A stretch of 61,307 bases of DNA from Deltaproteobacteria bacterium (GTDB lineage Bacteria; Bdellovibrionota; Bacteriovoracia; Bacteriovoracales; Bacteriovoracaceae). The position numbers were made by a program, and so were the translations under genes. The notes under the pieces are model-generated. The model searched no databases, had not been told where the DNA came from, and saw only the letters and a program-made list of their open reading frames with translations. Shown here in pieces: positions 1-9,595 of the stretch; within the stretch, counting starts at the first letter, position 1, and each line of letters starts with the position of its first letter. The stretch lies in the NCBI GenBank assembly GCA_006226755.1, contig SBGE01000081.1, positions 1-61,307 of the forward strand. Reading direction: 5' to 3'.

Positions 1-2
1 AT

Positions 3-896
3 GAGTTCTCCAGAGAACGTCTGGACAATTATAAAAATGAAAAAGGTGTCGAGTATCTATACTTCCACATCAAAGATCGAAAAAAATATATCAAGTTCAA
101 CGATCATTTAGTTAAAAAGGCCATCAAGTCGAACCAGATGGAAGGGCAACAAAAACTAAATATGTTGAAAAATGTTTCTGAAAAATTTATGGAAGAAGCC
201 TTCGTTGAAGGACTTAAGCCCGTCATCATAGAGCAAGGCCGCCAGATTTGTGAAAACGTTTACAACTTGATTGAAAATGAAGAGCCTCTTTATAAACTTT
301 TAAGAGAGTACCAAGACTTTGATCCTTCGGCCTTCTCTCATGCTTACCTCGTTACACTTTTCTCTTCTGCAATTATCAAGCAGTTTGAGTGGCAATCAAA
401 AACCATGATCGAGAATACAGCACTGGCCTGTATGTTTCATGATATTGGAAAAATGAAACTCCCAAAAGAAGTTTTGGAGCTTCGTCCTGAAGATATGACA
501 GAGGCCCAACTCGAAGAGTACAAGAAACATCCAGAGATGGGTCTTGAGATAGTTCAAGATAACAGAACTATTACAACAGCTGTTAAGCAGATTATTCACC
601 AGCACCATGAATATTTTGATGGGACTGGATATCCTAGTGGGCTCAAGGGGCAAAGTATTTTGACTCTGGCGAATATTGTTTCTCTCGCAGACCTCTTTAG
701 TCATATCATCGTTGAAAAAGAGCTCAAGCCGATTGAAGGTCTTAAATATATGCTGGGCAATCCAGAGATCGTTTCAAAATTCAACAGTATGATTTTTGAA
801 AAATTCATCAACGTCTTTGTTGATCCAGGTAAGATCAAAAAAGATCATGCTCTACCGAGTAAATCTCGAATGGTTCCTAGTAAAAAAGCTTCTTAA
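3..896 (+). CDS. HD-GYP domain protein (c-di-GMP phosphodiesterase family), 5'-truncated by the window edge
   Basis: The frame is open from nt 3, with no stop before the first Met at 138, so the N-terminus lies outside the window. HDIGK and HHEYFDGTGYP are the HD and GYP signatures. Confidence 0.8.
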   Translation, partial: EFSRERLDNYKNEKGVEYLYFHIKDRKKYIKFNDHLVKKAIKSNQMEGQQKLNMLKNVSEKFMEEAFVEGLKPVIIEQGRQICENVYNLIENEEPLYKLLREYQDFDPSAFSHAYLVTLFSSAIIKQFEWQSKTMIENTALACMFHDIGKMKLPKEVLELRPEDMTEAQLEEYKKHPEMGLEIVQDNRTITTAVKQIIHQHHEYFDGTGYPSGLKGQSILTLANIVSLADLFSHIIVEKELKPIEGLKYMLGNPEIVSKFNSMIFEKFINVFVDPGKIKKDHALPSKSRMVPSKKAS

Positions 897-1905
897 ATGG
901 AAGCGATTTGAAAGAACTATTTCTCTTTCCGTAATGTTTAAATGAATCTTTAGTGAAGACGTAGGGGTGACTTCTATTGCTTGCGCGAATGATGTAAATT
1001 TGCCCTTTATCTAGCTTGACGTCAGGAAGACTGTTTACAATTGTACTGATCTCATAAGTTACTTCTGTTCCATCTGCTGTCGTAACTTTTATGAAATAAA
1101 ATGGCGTTGTCAAAAGTTTGTCCAGAGTCTCGGACAGCTTATCTGTCAATCGGTCGAGAATTAGAGCACTTCTAATTTCGAGTAGCTCATTTAAATAAGA
1201 GTTAACCTCTTCCGGCTGGACAGGCTTTTCTGGTTTAATCATCCACTGATTCTTTTCTTTGCTTAGTGACAATTGCAAGCTAGAGCGTCCTCTGTAAAGT
1301 TCAAAAGAACTTACGCTTCCAGGATGCATGGTAAAGACTTTTGAATCAACAAAGTCTGAAAGTCCCAGACCTTCTAGGGAATTAGCAAGAGCATCAACGT
1401 GGTAGATGACTTCCTTAGATTCGGAGAAAATATAGGTTGAATTATCGATCGGGTTGACCAGACCAAAATGAACTTCTTCTTCAATGTCTCCAGAAGTTGA
1501 AGAACTCAATTTTATTTTCATTAATGGGTTATCTAAAGAAAAGTTAGATAGGTTGATCGGATCCTTCGGGAAGAGCTTTCTGATTTTAACTCCTTCCAAT
1601 GTTCGAGTCAGTTTTGTGACCAGTTCCTCTGATGCAGGCAGGAGCCTCGGTTCTGTCAGATCCCAGTGTCCATGTTCATTTTTGGCCAAAGAGAATTCCC
1701 CAAGCCTGTTTTCGATTTTGATTTTGTCGAATTTGACTATCTGGTCTTTGGTGAAAAGGAAGTGGTATTGCTCAAGCTCTTGATTAAGAGTCTTAGGAGC
1801 TTGAAAGAACTCAGAAATACCTGCGCTGAGGGCCAGTGCAAAGAGAAAAAAAATCATCAACCAATTGGAGAGAGTCGACTTTTTCGCCTGAATTCTTAGT
1901 CCCAT
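877..1905 (-). CDS. membrane-anchored periplasmic protein of unknown function
   Basis: 342-aa ORF with an N-terminal hydrophobic anchor (LMIFFLFALALSAGI). I found no motif I can name; it weakly resembles DUF4340-type anchored proteins. Its 3' end overlaps the convergent HD-GYP gene by 20 nt. Confidence 0.6.
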   Translation of the reverse strand: MGLRIQAKKSTLSNWLMIFFLFALALSAGISEFFQAPKTLNQELEQYHFLFTKDQIVKFDKIKIENRLGEFSLAKNEHGHWDLTEPRLLPASEELVTKLTRTLEGVKIRKLFPKDPINLSNFSLDNPLMKIKLSSSTSGDIEEEVHFGLVNPIDNSTYIFSESKEVIYHVDALANSLEGLGLSDFVDSKVFTMHPGSVSSFELYRGRSSLQLSLSKEKNQWMIKPEKPVQPEEVNSYLNELLEIRSALILDRLTDKLSETLDKLLTTPFYFIKVTTADGTEVTYEISTIVNSLPDVKLDKGQIYIIRASNRSHPYVFTKDSFKHYGKRNSSFKSLPFKKLFY

Positions 1906-1999
1906 TCATTCCTCGTGTTAGAAGAGTTCATTCTAGCTTGATAAATGAACTTCGTCACGCCATCATAAAGAGAAGAAATTTAAGTTGACTAGGTGGGTT

Positions 2000-2596
2000 A
2001 TGGATATCTTGCATTTAATTGAAGCTGGCGGTTTTATTATGTATCCGCTGATCCTCTGCTCTTTGGCAGTTTGGGCAGTCGCCATTCAAAAAATTTGGTT
2101 TTACGTACAATTCGATAAGCAATTTCGCAGTTTGAGTGAGAAAGCTGGAAGGCTAATTAAAGAACAAAAACTTCATGAGGCCAAAGGTCTTGCGCATTCG
2201 GCACACCCTTTAATTGGACTTCCTTATCTCGCACTTCTCGAAAAAGATGATGATAGAGAAGCTTGGGAAAATAGAGTGGCCAGAAGACTTTCTGAAACCC
2301 GCGAAGGTCTTAGAAGTTTTTTGTGGATTCTAGGAACAGTAGGTTCATCAGCACCTTTTGTTGGTTTATTCGGGACTGTTGTCGGTATTATCAAATCTTT
2401 TGATTCTATTGCTAAGGCCGGAAAAAGTGGTTTTGCCGTTGTGGCCGCAGGTTTATCTGAAGCATTGATTGCTACTGCCGCAGGTATTCTGGTGGCCGTC
2501 ATTGCTGTTGTTTTCTACAATTACTTTCAAACTAAAATTGCCAGTCTTCTTTTGGATTTCAAAAATCAACTAGAAGATCTCGGTGACAAACTTTAG
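2000..2596 (+). CDS. MotA/TolQ/ExbB-family proton channel
   Basis: The track ORF starts at TTG 1985. I prefer ATG 2000 because it is preceded by AGGTGGG (1991-1997). The conserved core GTVGSSAPFVGLFGTVVGII...SEALIATAAGILVAV and three TM segments fit the family. Confidence 0.85.
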   Translation: MDILHLIEAGGFIMYPLILCSLAVWAVAIQKIWFYVQFDKQFRSLSEKAGRLIKEQKLHEAKGLAHSAHPLIGLPYLALLEKDDDREAWENRVARRLSETREGLRSFLWILGTVGSSAPFVGLFGTVVGIIKSFDSIAKAGKSGFAVVAAGLSEALIATAAGILVAVIAVVFYNYFQTKIASLLLDFKNQLEDLGDKL

Positions 2597-2604
2597 GAAT
2601 TAGA

Positions 2605-3021
2605 GTGGCCTTTAAACTCGGAGACGGAGACAACGAAGAAATCATGGCGGAGATCAATATGACTCCGTTGATTGATATCATGTTGGTACTACTGATCATT
2701 TTTATGGTGACCTCATCGATTTCTTTGGAAAGCGGATTGGATGTTGATCTGCCTGATTCAGTTTCTAAAGGACAATCAAAAGAGGGAAGCGCAGTTGTTG
2801 TTTCACTTCTTTCCGATGGGCGTATTGCAGTTCAAGGAACTGTTATTGAAAAAGAAAATCTCGGGAATCGAATCTCTGAAGCGCTAGCAACGGAAAAAAC
2901 TGAGCTTGTAATTCTTGAAGGAGATCAAGCCTCTCGATTGGGAATGGCGGTTGAAATCATGGATATCGCCAAGGCCGCTGGAGCAGTCAAGTTTGCGATT
3001 GCTACCGAAGTTCAGGAATAA
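2605..3021 (+). CDS. ExbD/TolR-family protein
   Basis: GTG start 8 nt after the upstream stop. The N-terminal TM carries the NMTPLIDIMLVLLIIFMV signature. It is paired with the ExbB-like gene. Confidence 0.8.
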   Translation: MAFKLGDGDNEEIMAEINMTPLIDIMLVLLIIFMVTSSISLESGLDVDLPDSVSKGQSKEGSAVVVSLLSDGRIAVQGTVIEKENLGNRISEALATEKTELVILEGDQASRLGMAVEIMDIAKAAGAVKFAIATEVQE

Positions 3022-3092
3022 AAAAACGATTTTTTTACTCAATTTATAATCTATTGAAACGTCGTTTCTCTAACAATTTTTTTTGCAAAATT

Positions 3093-3122
3093 TTGACATT
3101 TGTCGCTCTCAAAATTTATTAA
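3093..3122 (+). promoter_or_regulatory. sigma70-like promoter candidate (TTGACA-N18-TATTAA)
   Basis: TTGACA at 3093-3098 and TATTAA at 3117-3122 lie in the AT-rich spacer upstream of the small ORF at 3213. This is pattern matching only. Confidence 0.3.
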
Positions 3123-3212
3123 AATATATCTATAGCTGAGCTCTAGTAGGTTCTAATATTGTTTAGACTGAAAGAGATTCTAAAAATACAACAATGAACC
3201 GGAGGTGATGGG

Positions 3213-3407
3213 ATGATTTGTTTTATCTGTCCTCCCTTGATAGCTGGAGGACTATTGGCATTGTTCATTTTTTTAGAATTCACAATCTCGACATTCATGA
3301 AGTCAGTAGATCCGCCAGATCTTTCTCGAGAGCAGGTCTCTGCTGCTAAAGTTTATCATTTGAACAATGGCTTTACTGATCATTTTCACTATAAAGAAAC
3401 TGGCTGA
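3213..3407 (+). CDS. small membrane protein (64 aa), unknown function
   Basis: GGAGGTG (3200-3206) lies 6 nt before the ATG. The N-terminus is hydrophobic (ICFICPPLIAGGLLALFIFL) and a hairpin follows the stop. Confidence 0.4.
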   Translation: MICFICPPLIAGGLLALFIFLEFTISTFMKSVDPPDLSREQVSAAKVYHLNNGFTDHFHYKETG

Positions 3408-3412
3408 AACGC

Positions 3413-3430
3413 ACTCCCCGAAAGGGGAGT
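3413..3430. terminator. hairpin between convergent genes (ACTCCCC-GAAA-GGGGAGT)
   Basis: Perfect 7-bp GC-rich stem with a GAAA loop between the stop at 3407 (+) and the stop at 3437 (-). The U-tracts are weak. Confidence 0.35.
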
Positions 3431-3436
3431 CGGATT

Positions 3437-4204
3437 CTATGGAAACATCTGATCGATTATGTCTTCACATTTTTTGCTCTCGTTGGTAGTGATAAACTGA
3501 GCACCTTTTAAGAGATATTTTATGATTTTGTCTGAAGTGTCTTTGGTATATACACCGACAATTTTCCCACGCTTAATTAGTCTTTTAACTTTGCTCTTGT
3601 GTATGTATTTGGCATCTATACCATCAATTTCTTTCAATGATCCAAAGTAACCATATTTTTTTAGGAGAATAGTTTTTGTCTTTGAAAAGTAGTCGTCCGT
3701 TTTTTGTTTTGCTGTGACTTTGGCGAGAATCTTTTCATCAAAAGAAATGATAAATATCTTTTCTGGTCTATCAGAATAGTATTTTTTGATGAGTTTAAAA
3801 TCGTCCTCTGTCACAGTATCTTTTAATTCGATGAAAAGTCTGGATTCACCTTTAGACAATTCTTGTAGGGCCTCATCGAAAGTAGGAACAACTTCATCAT
3901 TGACCAACCTACAAAGTGCTCGAATTTCTTTTGAGTGAATTTCATGGACTTCTTTTTTGATTGGGCAATCTTTCCCTTTAATGTCTCGGTCGAGTTTCTT
4001 GTCATGGTAGATGACGGTTTTGCCATCTTTCGTGTGATGAAGATCAAACTCTATCGCTTCAGCTCCAGACCTAGAAGCCGCAGTTAGGGCCGCAAGAGAG
4101 TTTTCCAATTGACCATAACCTAGCGCTCTATGGGCCACACAAAATGGTCGCGAAAACACCTGAGTTGAAAAGAGTAGGGTGGTAAATACCAACAAGTTCT
4201 TCAT
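3437..4204 (-). CDS. glycerophosphodiester phosphodiesterase (GDPD family), secreted
   Basis: Signal peptide, then HRALGY..ENSLAALTAA..GAEAIEFDLHHTKDGKTVIYHD, which matches the GDPD catalytic core. Confidence 0.85.
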   Translation of the reverse strand: MKNLLVFTTLLFSTQVFSRPFCVAHRALGYGQLENSLAALTAASRSGAEAIEFDLHHTKDGKTVIYHDKKLDRDIKGKDCPIKKEVHEIHSKEIRALCRLVNDEVVPTFDEALQELSKGESRLFIELKDTVTEDDFKLIKKYYSDRPEKIFIISFDEKILAKVTAKQKTDDYFSKTKTILLKKYGYFGSLKEIDGIDAKYIHKSKVKRLIKRGKIVGVYTKDTSDKIIKYLLKGAQFITTNESKKCEDIIDQMFP

Positions 4205-4289
4205 GCATTCGTTGTAGCAGAATCAACAAAATATGCGAGAGACACAGTAAGATTTACCGGGAGTGGTTCTAGATAAGTGATTGAAAATC

Positions 4290-5099
4290 CTACAGATCGA
4301 AGTCGTCCAGTTCATCGAAATCGTCATCATCAGCTTCTTGGGCCTTGTTCATTTTTGGAACAGGTTTAGAGGCCTGAACATCTGGTTCAATTGAAGTGAC
4401 AAAATTTCTAAGAAGGGTCCGCTCTCCCTCTTTTAGAAAAGTGAATTTAACAGCAATTCTATAGGGGAGTTTCTTGTCAGAGATGATTCGACTTCTCATA
4501 TTGTATTCACGGCAATAATAAACATCAGCATTGACTGTGAATCTTTTTGGAACAACAAAATCAATCACAATACTTTGGCCAGGTAAAAACTTGTGATTAG
4601 AAAAGATATACATGTGGTCCATATCAATTTCTGCCAAAATCGCAGTGGCAGGAATAAGTTTTTCGGCCTCTAATTTTGGTCGTCTTTGTATAACAACTCC
4701 ACTGTGTTTTACTTCAGCATCTGTTTGACCTTCGACCATTTCTTTTGCCGCTTCCGCAGCTTCGGCCTCCACTTCTTCTGTAGCATCCTCAGCTTCTCCC
4801 TCTTCAGAGGAATCGGCTCCACCTTCAATTACTTCAAGGGCAGCGGCCATGGCAGCTTCACTTTCATCAGCATGTCCACCAGCAGGGGCGGGAGCTTCTG
4901 CAGTTTCATCTTTCAGTGGACCTTTGCGTTTGTATTCTTGAACTAAATCGTCAACTGAAAGAGAGTCGTCTTCTTCTCCCGATTGCTTTCTTGCAATCAA
5001 GCGAGCTTTTACAATGGCTTCGATCTCATCCCTAAGATGCCAAATTCTAAGAGGAATTCTCTTAATAAGAACGGGATCGTTTGAGTTTCCGTGGATCAT
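4290..5099 (-). CDS. PilZ-like domain protein with an acidic low-complexity linker and acidic C-terminal tail
   Basis: The C-terminal beta-rich segment (IFSNHKFLPGQSIVIDFVVP...YRIAVKFTFL) resembles a PilZ barrel, but the canonical RxxxR / DxSxxG motifs are not clearly intact. The middle is a long E/A-rich region and the protein ends in DDDDFDELDDFDL. Confidence 0.5.
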   Translation of the reverse strand: MIHGNSNDPVLIKRIPLRIWHLRDEIEAIVKARLIARKQSGEEDDSLSVDDLVQEYKRKGPLKDETAEAPAPAGGHADESEAAMAAALEVIEGGADSSEEGEAEDATEEVEAEAAEAAKEMVEGQTDAEVKHSGVVIQRRPKLEAEKLIPATAILAEIDMDHMYIFSNHKFLPGQSIVIDFVVPKRFTVNADVYYCREYNMRSRIISDKKLPYRIAVKFTFLKEGERTLLRNFVTSIEPDVQASKPVPKMNKAQEADDDDFDELDDFDL

Positions 5100-5328
5100 A
5101 CTCGGTTAATTCCTTTTAAACCTAGTAACTACAATCACTTATTCTAACATTTTCTCTCAAAAACGTGTAAGCAGGAAATTAGCTCTATAATGGAAGAATA
5201 TTCCTATAGGTGAGCACCGAGTCGTTCTCTTAGCCTAGATGGAATCTTCTTACGGAAGAAAGGCACAACATTCGAATCAAGTTTGTATTGAAGGAATCAA
5301 TAAACTTTTGCTCCAAGGAGGGAGTCAG

Positions 5329-7023
5329 ATGAGAAAAGGTCAATTGCTTAAAACAGCGGCCGTTGGATCCATGCTATTAGCAGGTGCAGCGTCGGCCTCA
5401 GTCAAAACAGTACCCGGTGAATTCATTGTTAAATTAAAAGACCAAAAGTCTTTTATGAAGTCACTTAAATCACTTGGAGTTGAGCATCTTAGAGATGTGA
5501 AAGTTTCTTTTGGGAATTACCACGTTGTTAAGTCACTCGGTCAGAAGTCTGAAAAGCAACTTCTTGAGTCTCTAAACAGTGATCCAAATGTTGAGTATGC
5601 AGAGCCTAACTTTGTTTACAGCATTGTTCAGCCAATCGAAGAAATGGATGCTGCTTCTTTAGTAGCTCCTGCTTTTGCAAAAATGGAATACAAATATACT
5701 CCTAATGATCCTCAATTTGGTCAACTATGGGGTCTTAAAAATACTGGTGACAATGAGCCAGGTGGATCAGCTGGTGTAGCTGGTGCAGATGTTAACGCAA
5801 TTAAAGCTTGGGATCTTACGACTGGATCTAAAAGTGTAACGATTGCAGTTATCGATACTGGTGTTGATTACAATCACTCCGATCTTAAAGACAATATGTG
5901 GACAAACACTGCCGAGCTTAACGGTCAACCTGGTGTTGATGACGACGGTAACGGATTTGTTGATGATGTTTACGGATATGACTTCGCCAATAACGACGGC
6001 GATCCTATCGACGGACACAGCCACGGAACACACTGTGCTGGTACAATCGGTGCCGTTCATAATAACGGACTTGGTGTTGCTGGTGTGATGAAAGATGTAA
6101 AGATTATGGCAATCAAATTCCTTACGGACTCAGGGTCAGGTACAACTGAAGCTGCGATTAAGGCCATTGATTACGCGACAAAAATGGATGTTGATTTGAT
6201 GTCAAACTCTTGGGGAGGGGGCGGACGCTCTCAAGCTCTTGAAGATGCCATTCAAAGAGCAGCTGATGCAGGAATCATCTTTACAGCTGCTGCTGGTAAC
6301 TCAAGTACCAACAACGATTCAAGACCACATTATCCATCAAACTATGATGTGAAAAACGTTGTTTCTGTTGCAGCTCTAACTGCTCAAAACGATCTAGCCT
6401 CTTTCTCATGCTATGGAAGAAGCACAGTTCATATTGCAGCTCCAGGGCATAGAATTCTTTCGACTGTAAAAGGTAACGATTACAAAGTTTACTCAGGAAC
6501 TTCAATGGCAACTCCACACGTATCTGGTGTTGTTGGTCTTCTTCTAGCTCAAGAAGGAAGAATGGATCTTGAAACTTTTAGAGACAGACTTCTTGCGACT
6601 TCTGTTCCAGTTGGAGCACTTAGAGGTAAAACTATCAATGGTGGTAGAATCGATGCTTACAATCTTCTAACAGACTCTCGTCCTGCTAGAAATGAACCGA
6701 AACCAGGTGATTGGCAAAAAGTAGATGTAACAAAGTGGGAATCTGCTCACCCTTATATCAACAACGCTTCTGAAACCAGAGAGTTCTCAGTTCCTGGAGC
6801 CAAGTTCATTAGACTAAGAGTGAAGAAGTATGAGCTAGAAAATAGCTATGACTATCTTCAGGTTGCTAATGGTTCAAGACAAACCGTTGAGAAAGTTTCT
6901 GGTGACGGTGTTGAGTATGCTTCTGACTATGTTGAAGGCGACACTTTGATTGTGACGTTCAAATCAGACAGATCCATCACCAAGTGGGGATTCTTGATCG
7001 AACAAGTTGAAGTTCAGTACTAA
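5329..7023 (+). CDS. secreted subtilisin-like serine protease (peptidase S8) with a C-terminal CUB-like domain
   Basis: I moved the start to ATG 5329, which follows GGAGGGAG and opens onto a signal peptide (MRKGQLLKTAAVGSMLLAGAASA). The Asp/His/Ser triad motifs are AVIDTGVD, HGTHCAGTIG and GTSMATPHVSG. Confidence 0.9.
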   Translation: MRKGQLLKTAAVGSMLLAGAASASVKTVPGEFIVKLKDQKSFMKSLKSLGVEHLRDVKVSFGNYHVVKSLGQKSEKQLLESLNSDPNVEYAEPNFVYSIVQPIEEMDAASLVAPAFAKMEYKYTPNDPQFGQLWGLKNTGDNEPGGSAGVAGADVNAIKAWDLTTGSKSVTIAVIDTGVDYNHSDLKDNMWTNTAELNGQPGVDDDGNGFVDDVYGYDFANNDGDPIDGHSHGTHCAGTIGAVHNNGLGVAGVMKDVKIMAIKFLTDSGSGTTEAAIKAIDYATKMDVDLMSNSWGGGGRSQALEDAIQRAADAGIIFTAAAGNSSTNNDSRPHYPSNYDVKNVVSVAALTAQNDLASFSCYGRSTVHIAAPGHRILSTVKGNDYKVYSGTSMATPHVSGVVGLLLAQEGRMDLETFRDRLLATSVPVGALRGKTINGGRIDAYNLLTDSRPARNEPKPGDWQKVDVTKWESAHPYINNASETREFSVPGAKFIRLRVKKYELENSYDYLQVANGSRQTVEKVSGDGVEYASDYVEGDTLIVTFKSDRSITKWGFLIEQVEVQY

Positions 7024-7062
7024 TTCGTAAATCTCATTAGACACTCATAAATCCAATAACTT

Positions 7063-7094
7063 AGGGCAGCTGAAAATGCTGCCCTTTGTGTTTC
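7063..7094 (+). terminator. rho-independent terminator
   Basis: AGGGCAGC-TGAAAAT-GCTGCCCT followed by TTGTGTTTC, 40 nt after the protease stop. Confidence 0.6.
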
Positions 7095-7202
7095 AAAAGC
7101 CTTAAATTGTCTTACATCAAGTACTTATTAGCATCCCCTGTCATAAAATAGAGTGGCTGTGGTAAAAGACCCAGTATGGGCCATCTAACGGAGATCTCAC
7201 GG

Positions 7203-8474
7203 ATGAAATTCCCTCTCGTTCAAATTCAAAAAGTTGTCTTTCTATTGTTCTTGCTGACGCTGAATTCATGTTTCGATCCTGAACTGGAGCACGGAGTTCC
7301 CGGACAATTTAGGGCCATGCTTAAAAATGATCCTGCTACTTCAATTGTTTTGGGATGGAATCGATTTCAATCTAAAAAAGATGATGACATGGTTTACTAC
7401 GATACGGTTGACCATGGAGATGATGCAGAAGCATATGCCTATAAAGCAGTACCTCAGTTCTATAGTGAGTATAAGGAAATTCCAAGTGCATTTGTAGAAC
7501 TTAGAAATCTTCAACCAGAAACCCGATATTACTTTATCGTCCAAAACTCTTTTGGACTCAGTAAGAGATATTATTTTGAAACTTTACCTGCTGATCGAGG
7601 GACACGACTTTCTATCGTTGCAGGTGGAGACTCAAGAAATAACCGCGAGCCAAGACGTGCCGCCAATCTTTTGGTGAGTAAGCTCAAGCCACACTTCGTT
7701 CTTTTCGGTGGAGACATGACTTCTAGAGGGACCGCGAAGCAGTGGTGGCAGTGGATGGATGACTGGCAACTCACAATCGGTGAGGATGGGAGAGTAACTC
7801 CTGTGGTGGCCACCAGAGGGAATCACGAAAAAGACAACGAAATTCTTCACAAGTTATTTTGGCTTCCTAAAACTAATTACTACTCACTGAGTGTTGCTGA
7901 TGGGCTGATCCGAATTTACACCCTAAATACAGAAGCATCTATTGGTGGAGATCAAACCAATTGGCTTAAAAGTGATCTTGAGCAATATGGGAAACATGCT
8001 AAATGGCTGATGGCCCAGTATCACAAGCCAATGCGTCCACACGTTAAAAGAAAAAAAGAAGGAGACAATCAGTACAAGTATTGGGCTCCACTTTTCTTTG
8101 ATTACGGAATGGATTTAGTTTTCGAATCTGATGCCCATACAGTGAAAACAACTTGGCCAGTGAGACCTTCGACCAGATACGATTCTGAAGAAGGATTTGT
8201 TCGAGACGACAGACTTGGAACAGTTTATGTAGGTGAAGGTTGTTGGGGAGCTCCGCTTCGTAAAAATGATGACAACAAAGTCTGGACCAGAGACAGTGGC
8301 TCATTCAATCAATTCAAATGGGTTTTTGTCGATGATCAAGATATCGAACTAAGAACAATCAAGGTCGATAACGCTGCTGAAGTAGGAAGTGTCGATGAAA
8401 ACGACAGATTTTCTCTTCCAGATAACTTGGAAGTATGGAATCCTGCAGGTGGTGAAGTCGTCATTATCGACTAA
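7203..8474 (+). CDS. calcineurin-like metallophosphoesterase (purple-acid-phosphatase-like), probable lipoprotein
   Basis: Motifs GGDSRNN, GGDMTSRG, ATRGNHE and ESDAHT are present. ATG 7203 gives a signal peptide ending LTLNSC. The track start at 7176 has no RBS. Confidence 0.8.
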   Translation: MKFPLVQIQKVVFLLFLLTLNSCFDPELEHGVPGQFRAMLKNDPATSIVLGWNRFQSKKDDDMVYYDTVDHGDDAEAYAYKAVPQFYSEYKEIPSAFVELRNLQPETRYYFIVQNSFGLSKRYYFETLPADRGTRLSIVAGGDSRNNREPRRAANLLVSKLKPHFVLFGGDMTSRGTAKQWWQWMDDWQLTIGEDGRVTPVVATRGNHEKDNEILHKLFWLPKTNYYSLSVADGLIRIYTLNTEASIGGDQTNWLKSDLEQYGKHAKWLMAQYHKPMRPHVKRKKEGDNQYKYWAPLFFDYGMDLVFESDAHTVKTTWPVRPSTRYDSEEGFVRDDRLGTVYVGEGCWGAPLRKNDDNKVWTRDSGSFNQFKWVFVDDQDIELRTIKVDNAAEVGSVDENDRFSLPDNLEVWNPAGGEVVIID

Positions 8475-9352
8475 TGGATTTTCATAAGAAACAATTCATA
8501 CTTATTCTGAAAATATCATGTGTGCTGCTATTCTTAGGTCGAGGATGGCAGCATTTTTTTTGGGACGCTCCTTTTCGAACGGTGTTGTGGAACGAGGAAT
8601 TGATTAAAGGTTTGGTTGAAGGACTGACCTCAATGAGCTGGAAGGAATATGTAACCAGCACTTCTGTAGACTCGTTCATCTCTGGTCTGACAAAGTCATT
8701 TGGTATTTTTTATTTTTTCTGTGCGGCCATTGTTCCCTTTATGACTGAAAATACCAAAAAGCTTGGGGCGATACTCATCGCAGGATCATCGGCCTTGGGT
8801 TTTCTTTATTTTTTGATGTTCATGGAAAAGTTTTTCTACGTAGGAATGCTGATCGAGCATGCTTTACAGTTTGGCGCTCCTTTGATTCTTTACGTTGCCC
8901 TTTACAGTCAAAATTTTTATAACCGTTATCAAAATGCGTTCAAAACGCTGATCTCATTGACCTTTGTCGGGCATGCTCTTTTTGCCATTGGTTTTCACCC
9001 GGTTCCAGGACATTTCATCGATATGATCATCAATGTATTCGGAATGAGTGAAAGTGCAGCCAGAGGCTTTCTGATAACTGCTGGTACTTTGGATATTATC
9101 TTTGCGATTCTTTTGTTTGTTCAAAAGACAGAGAGAGTGGCATTGATTTTTATGATATTTTGGGGGGCCGTAACTTCACTTGCTAGGATTGTAGCCCATC
9201 TTGATCATGAGCAGATGGCCTTGACTTCACATGAGTGGGTGCATGAAACAATTCTTAGAGCACCACACTTTCTTGTTCCATTGGCGATGTACTTGGTACT
9301 AGCGCAACAAAAAAAGGCCGGACAAGCCGGCCAATATATAACTTCTAATTGA
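8474..9352 (+). CDS. polytopic membrane protein, unknown function
   Basis: The start overlaps the upstream stop (TAATG). It has multiple hydrophobic segments and no recognisable motif. Confidence 0.65.
   Translation: MDFHKKQFILILKISCVLLFLGRGWQHFFWDAPFRTVLWNEELIKGLVEGLTSMSWKEYVTSTSVDSFISGLTKSFGIFYFFCAAIVPFMTENTKKLGAILIAGSSALGFLYFLMFMEKFFYVGMLIEHALQFGAPLILYVALYSQNFYNRYQNAFKTLISLTFVGHALFAIGFHPVPGHFIDMIINVFGMSESAARGFLITAGTLDIIFAILLFVQKTERVALIFMIFWGAVTSLARIVAHLDHEQMALTSHEWVHETILRAPHFLVPLAMYLVLAQQKKAGQAGQYITSN
9308..9332 (-). terminator. rho-independent terminator for rpmB, embedded in the 3' end of the convergent ORF
   Basis: On the minus strand, GGCCGG-CTTGT-CCGGCC is followed by T8. It lies 30 nt downstream of the rpmB stop. 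Confidence 0.6.
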
Positions 9353-9361
9353 ATTTATTGT

Positions 9362-9595
9362 TTATTGAAAAAGGTGCTTGTACTTTCTAACAAATTTGGA
9401 AAGTGACCCAACTTTGTCGAGAGTTCTAATAGCGCTGGTAGAAAGTCTTAGCTTAACAGTCTGTCCAGTTTCAGGATCAAAAATCTTCTTAGTCTGAAGG
9501 TTTACTTTCTGAGTCATTTTAGTCTTGTTATTGGCGTGAGAAACTTTGTTACCAACAAGTCTTCTCTTTCCTGTCAAATCACATACACGTGCCAT
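9362..9595 (-). CDS. rpmB: 50S ribosomal protein L28
   Basis: MARVCDLTGKRRLVGNKVSHANNKTK... is the canonical L28 N-terminus, and the length is 77 aa. Confidence 0.95.
   Translation of the reverse strand: MARVCDLTGKRRLVGNKVSHANNKTKMTQKVNLQTKKIFDPETGQTVKLRLSTSAIRTLDKVGSLSKFVRKYKHLFQ

Noticed and set aside
2000-3021. Possibility that the ExbB/ExbD-like pair is the start of a Tol-Pal or TonB operon.
   Set aside because: No TolA/TonB-like Pro-rich protein, TolB or Pal follows. The next ORF is a tiny membrane protein, followed by a convergent GDPD gene. I left it as an orphan MotA/ExbB-ExbD motor pair, and its role (gliding or TonB) cannot be decided from this window.
5239-5328. 30-aa N-terminal extension of the S8 protease.
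   Set aside because: The internal ATG at 5329 follows GGAGGGAG and begins a classic signal peptide. The upstream residues are not signal-like.
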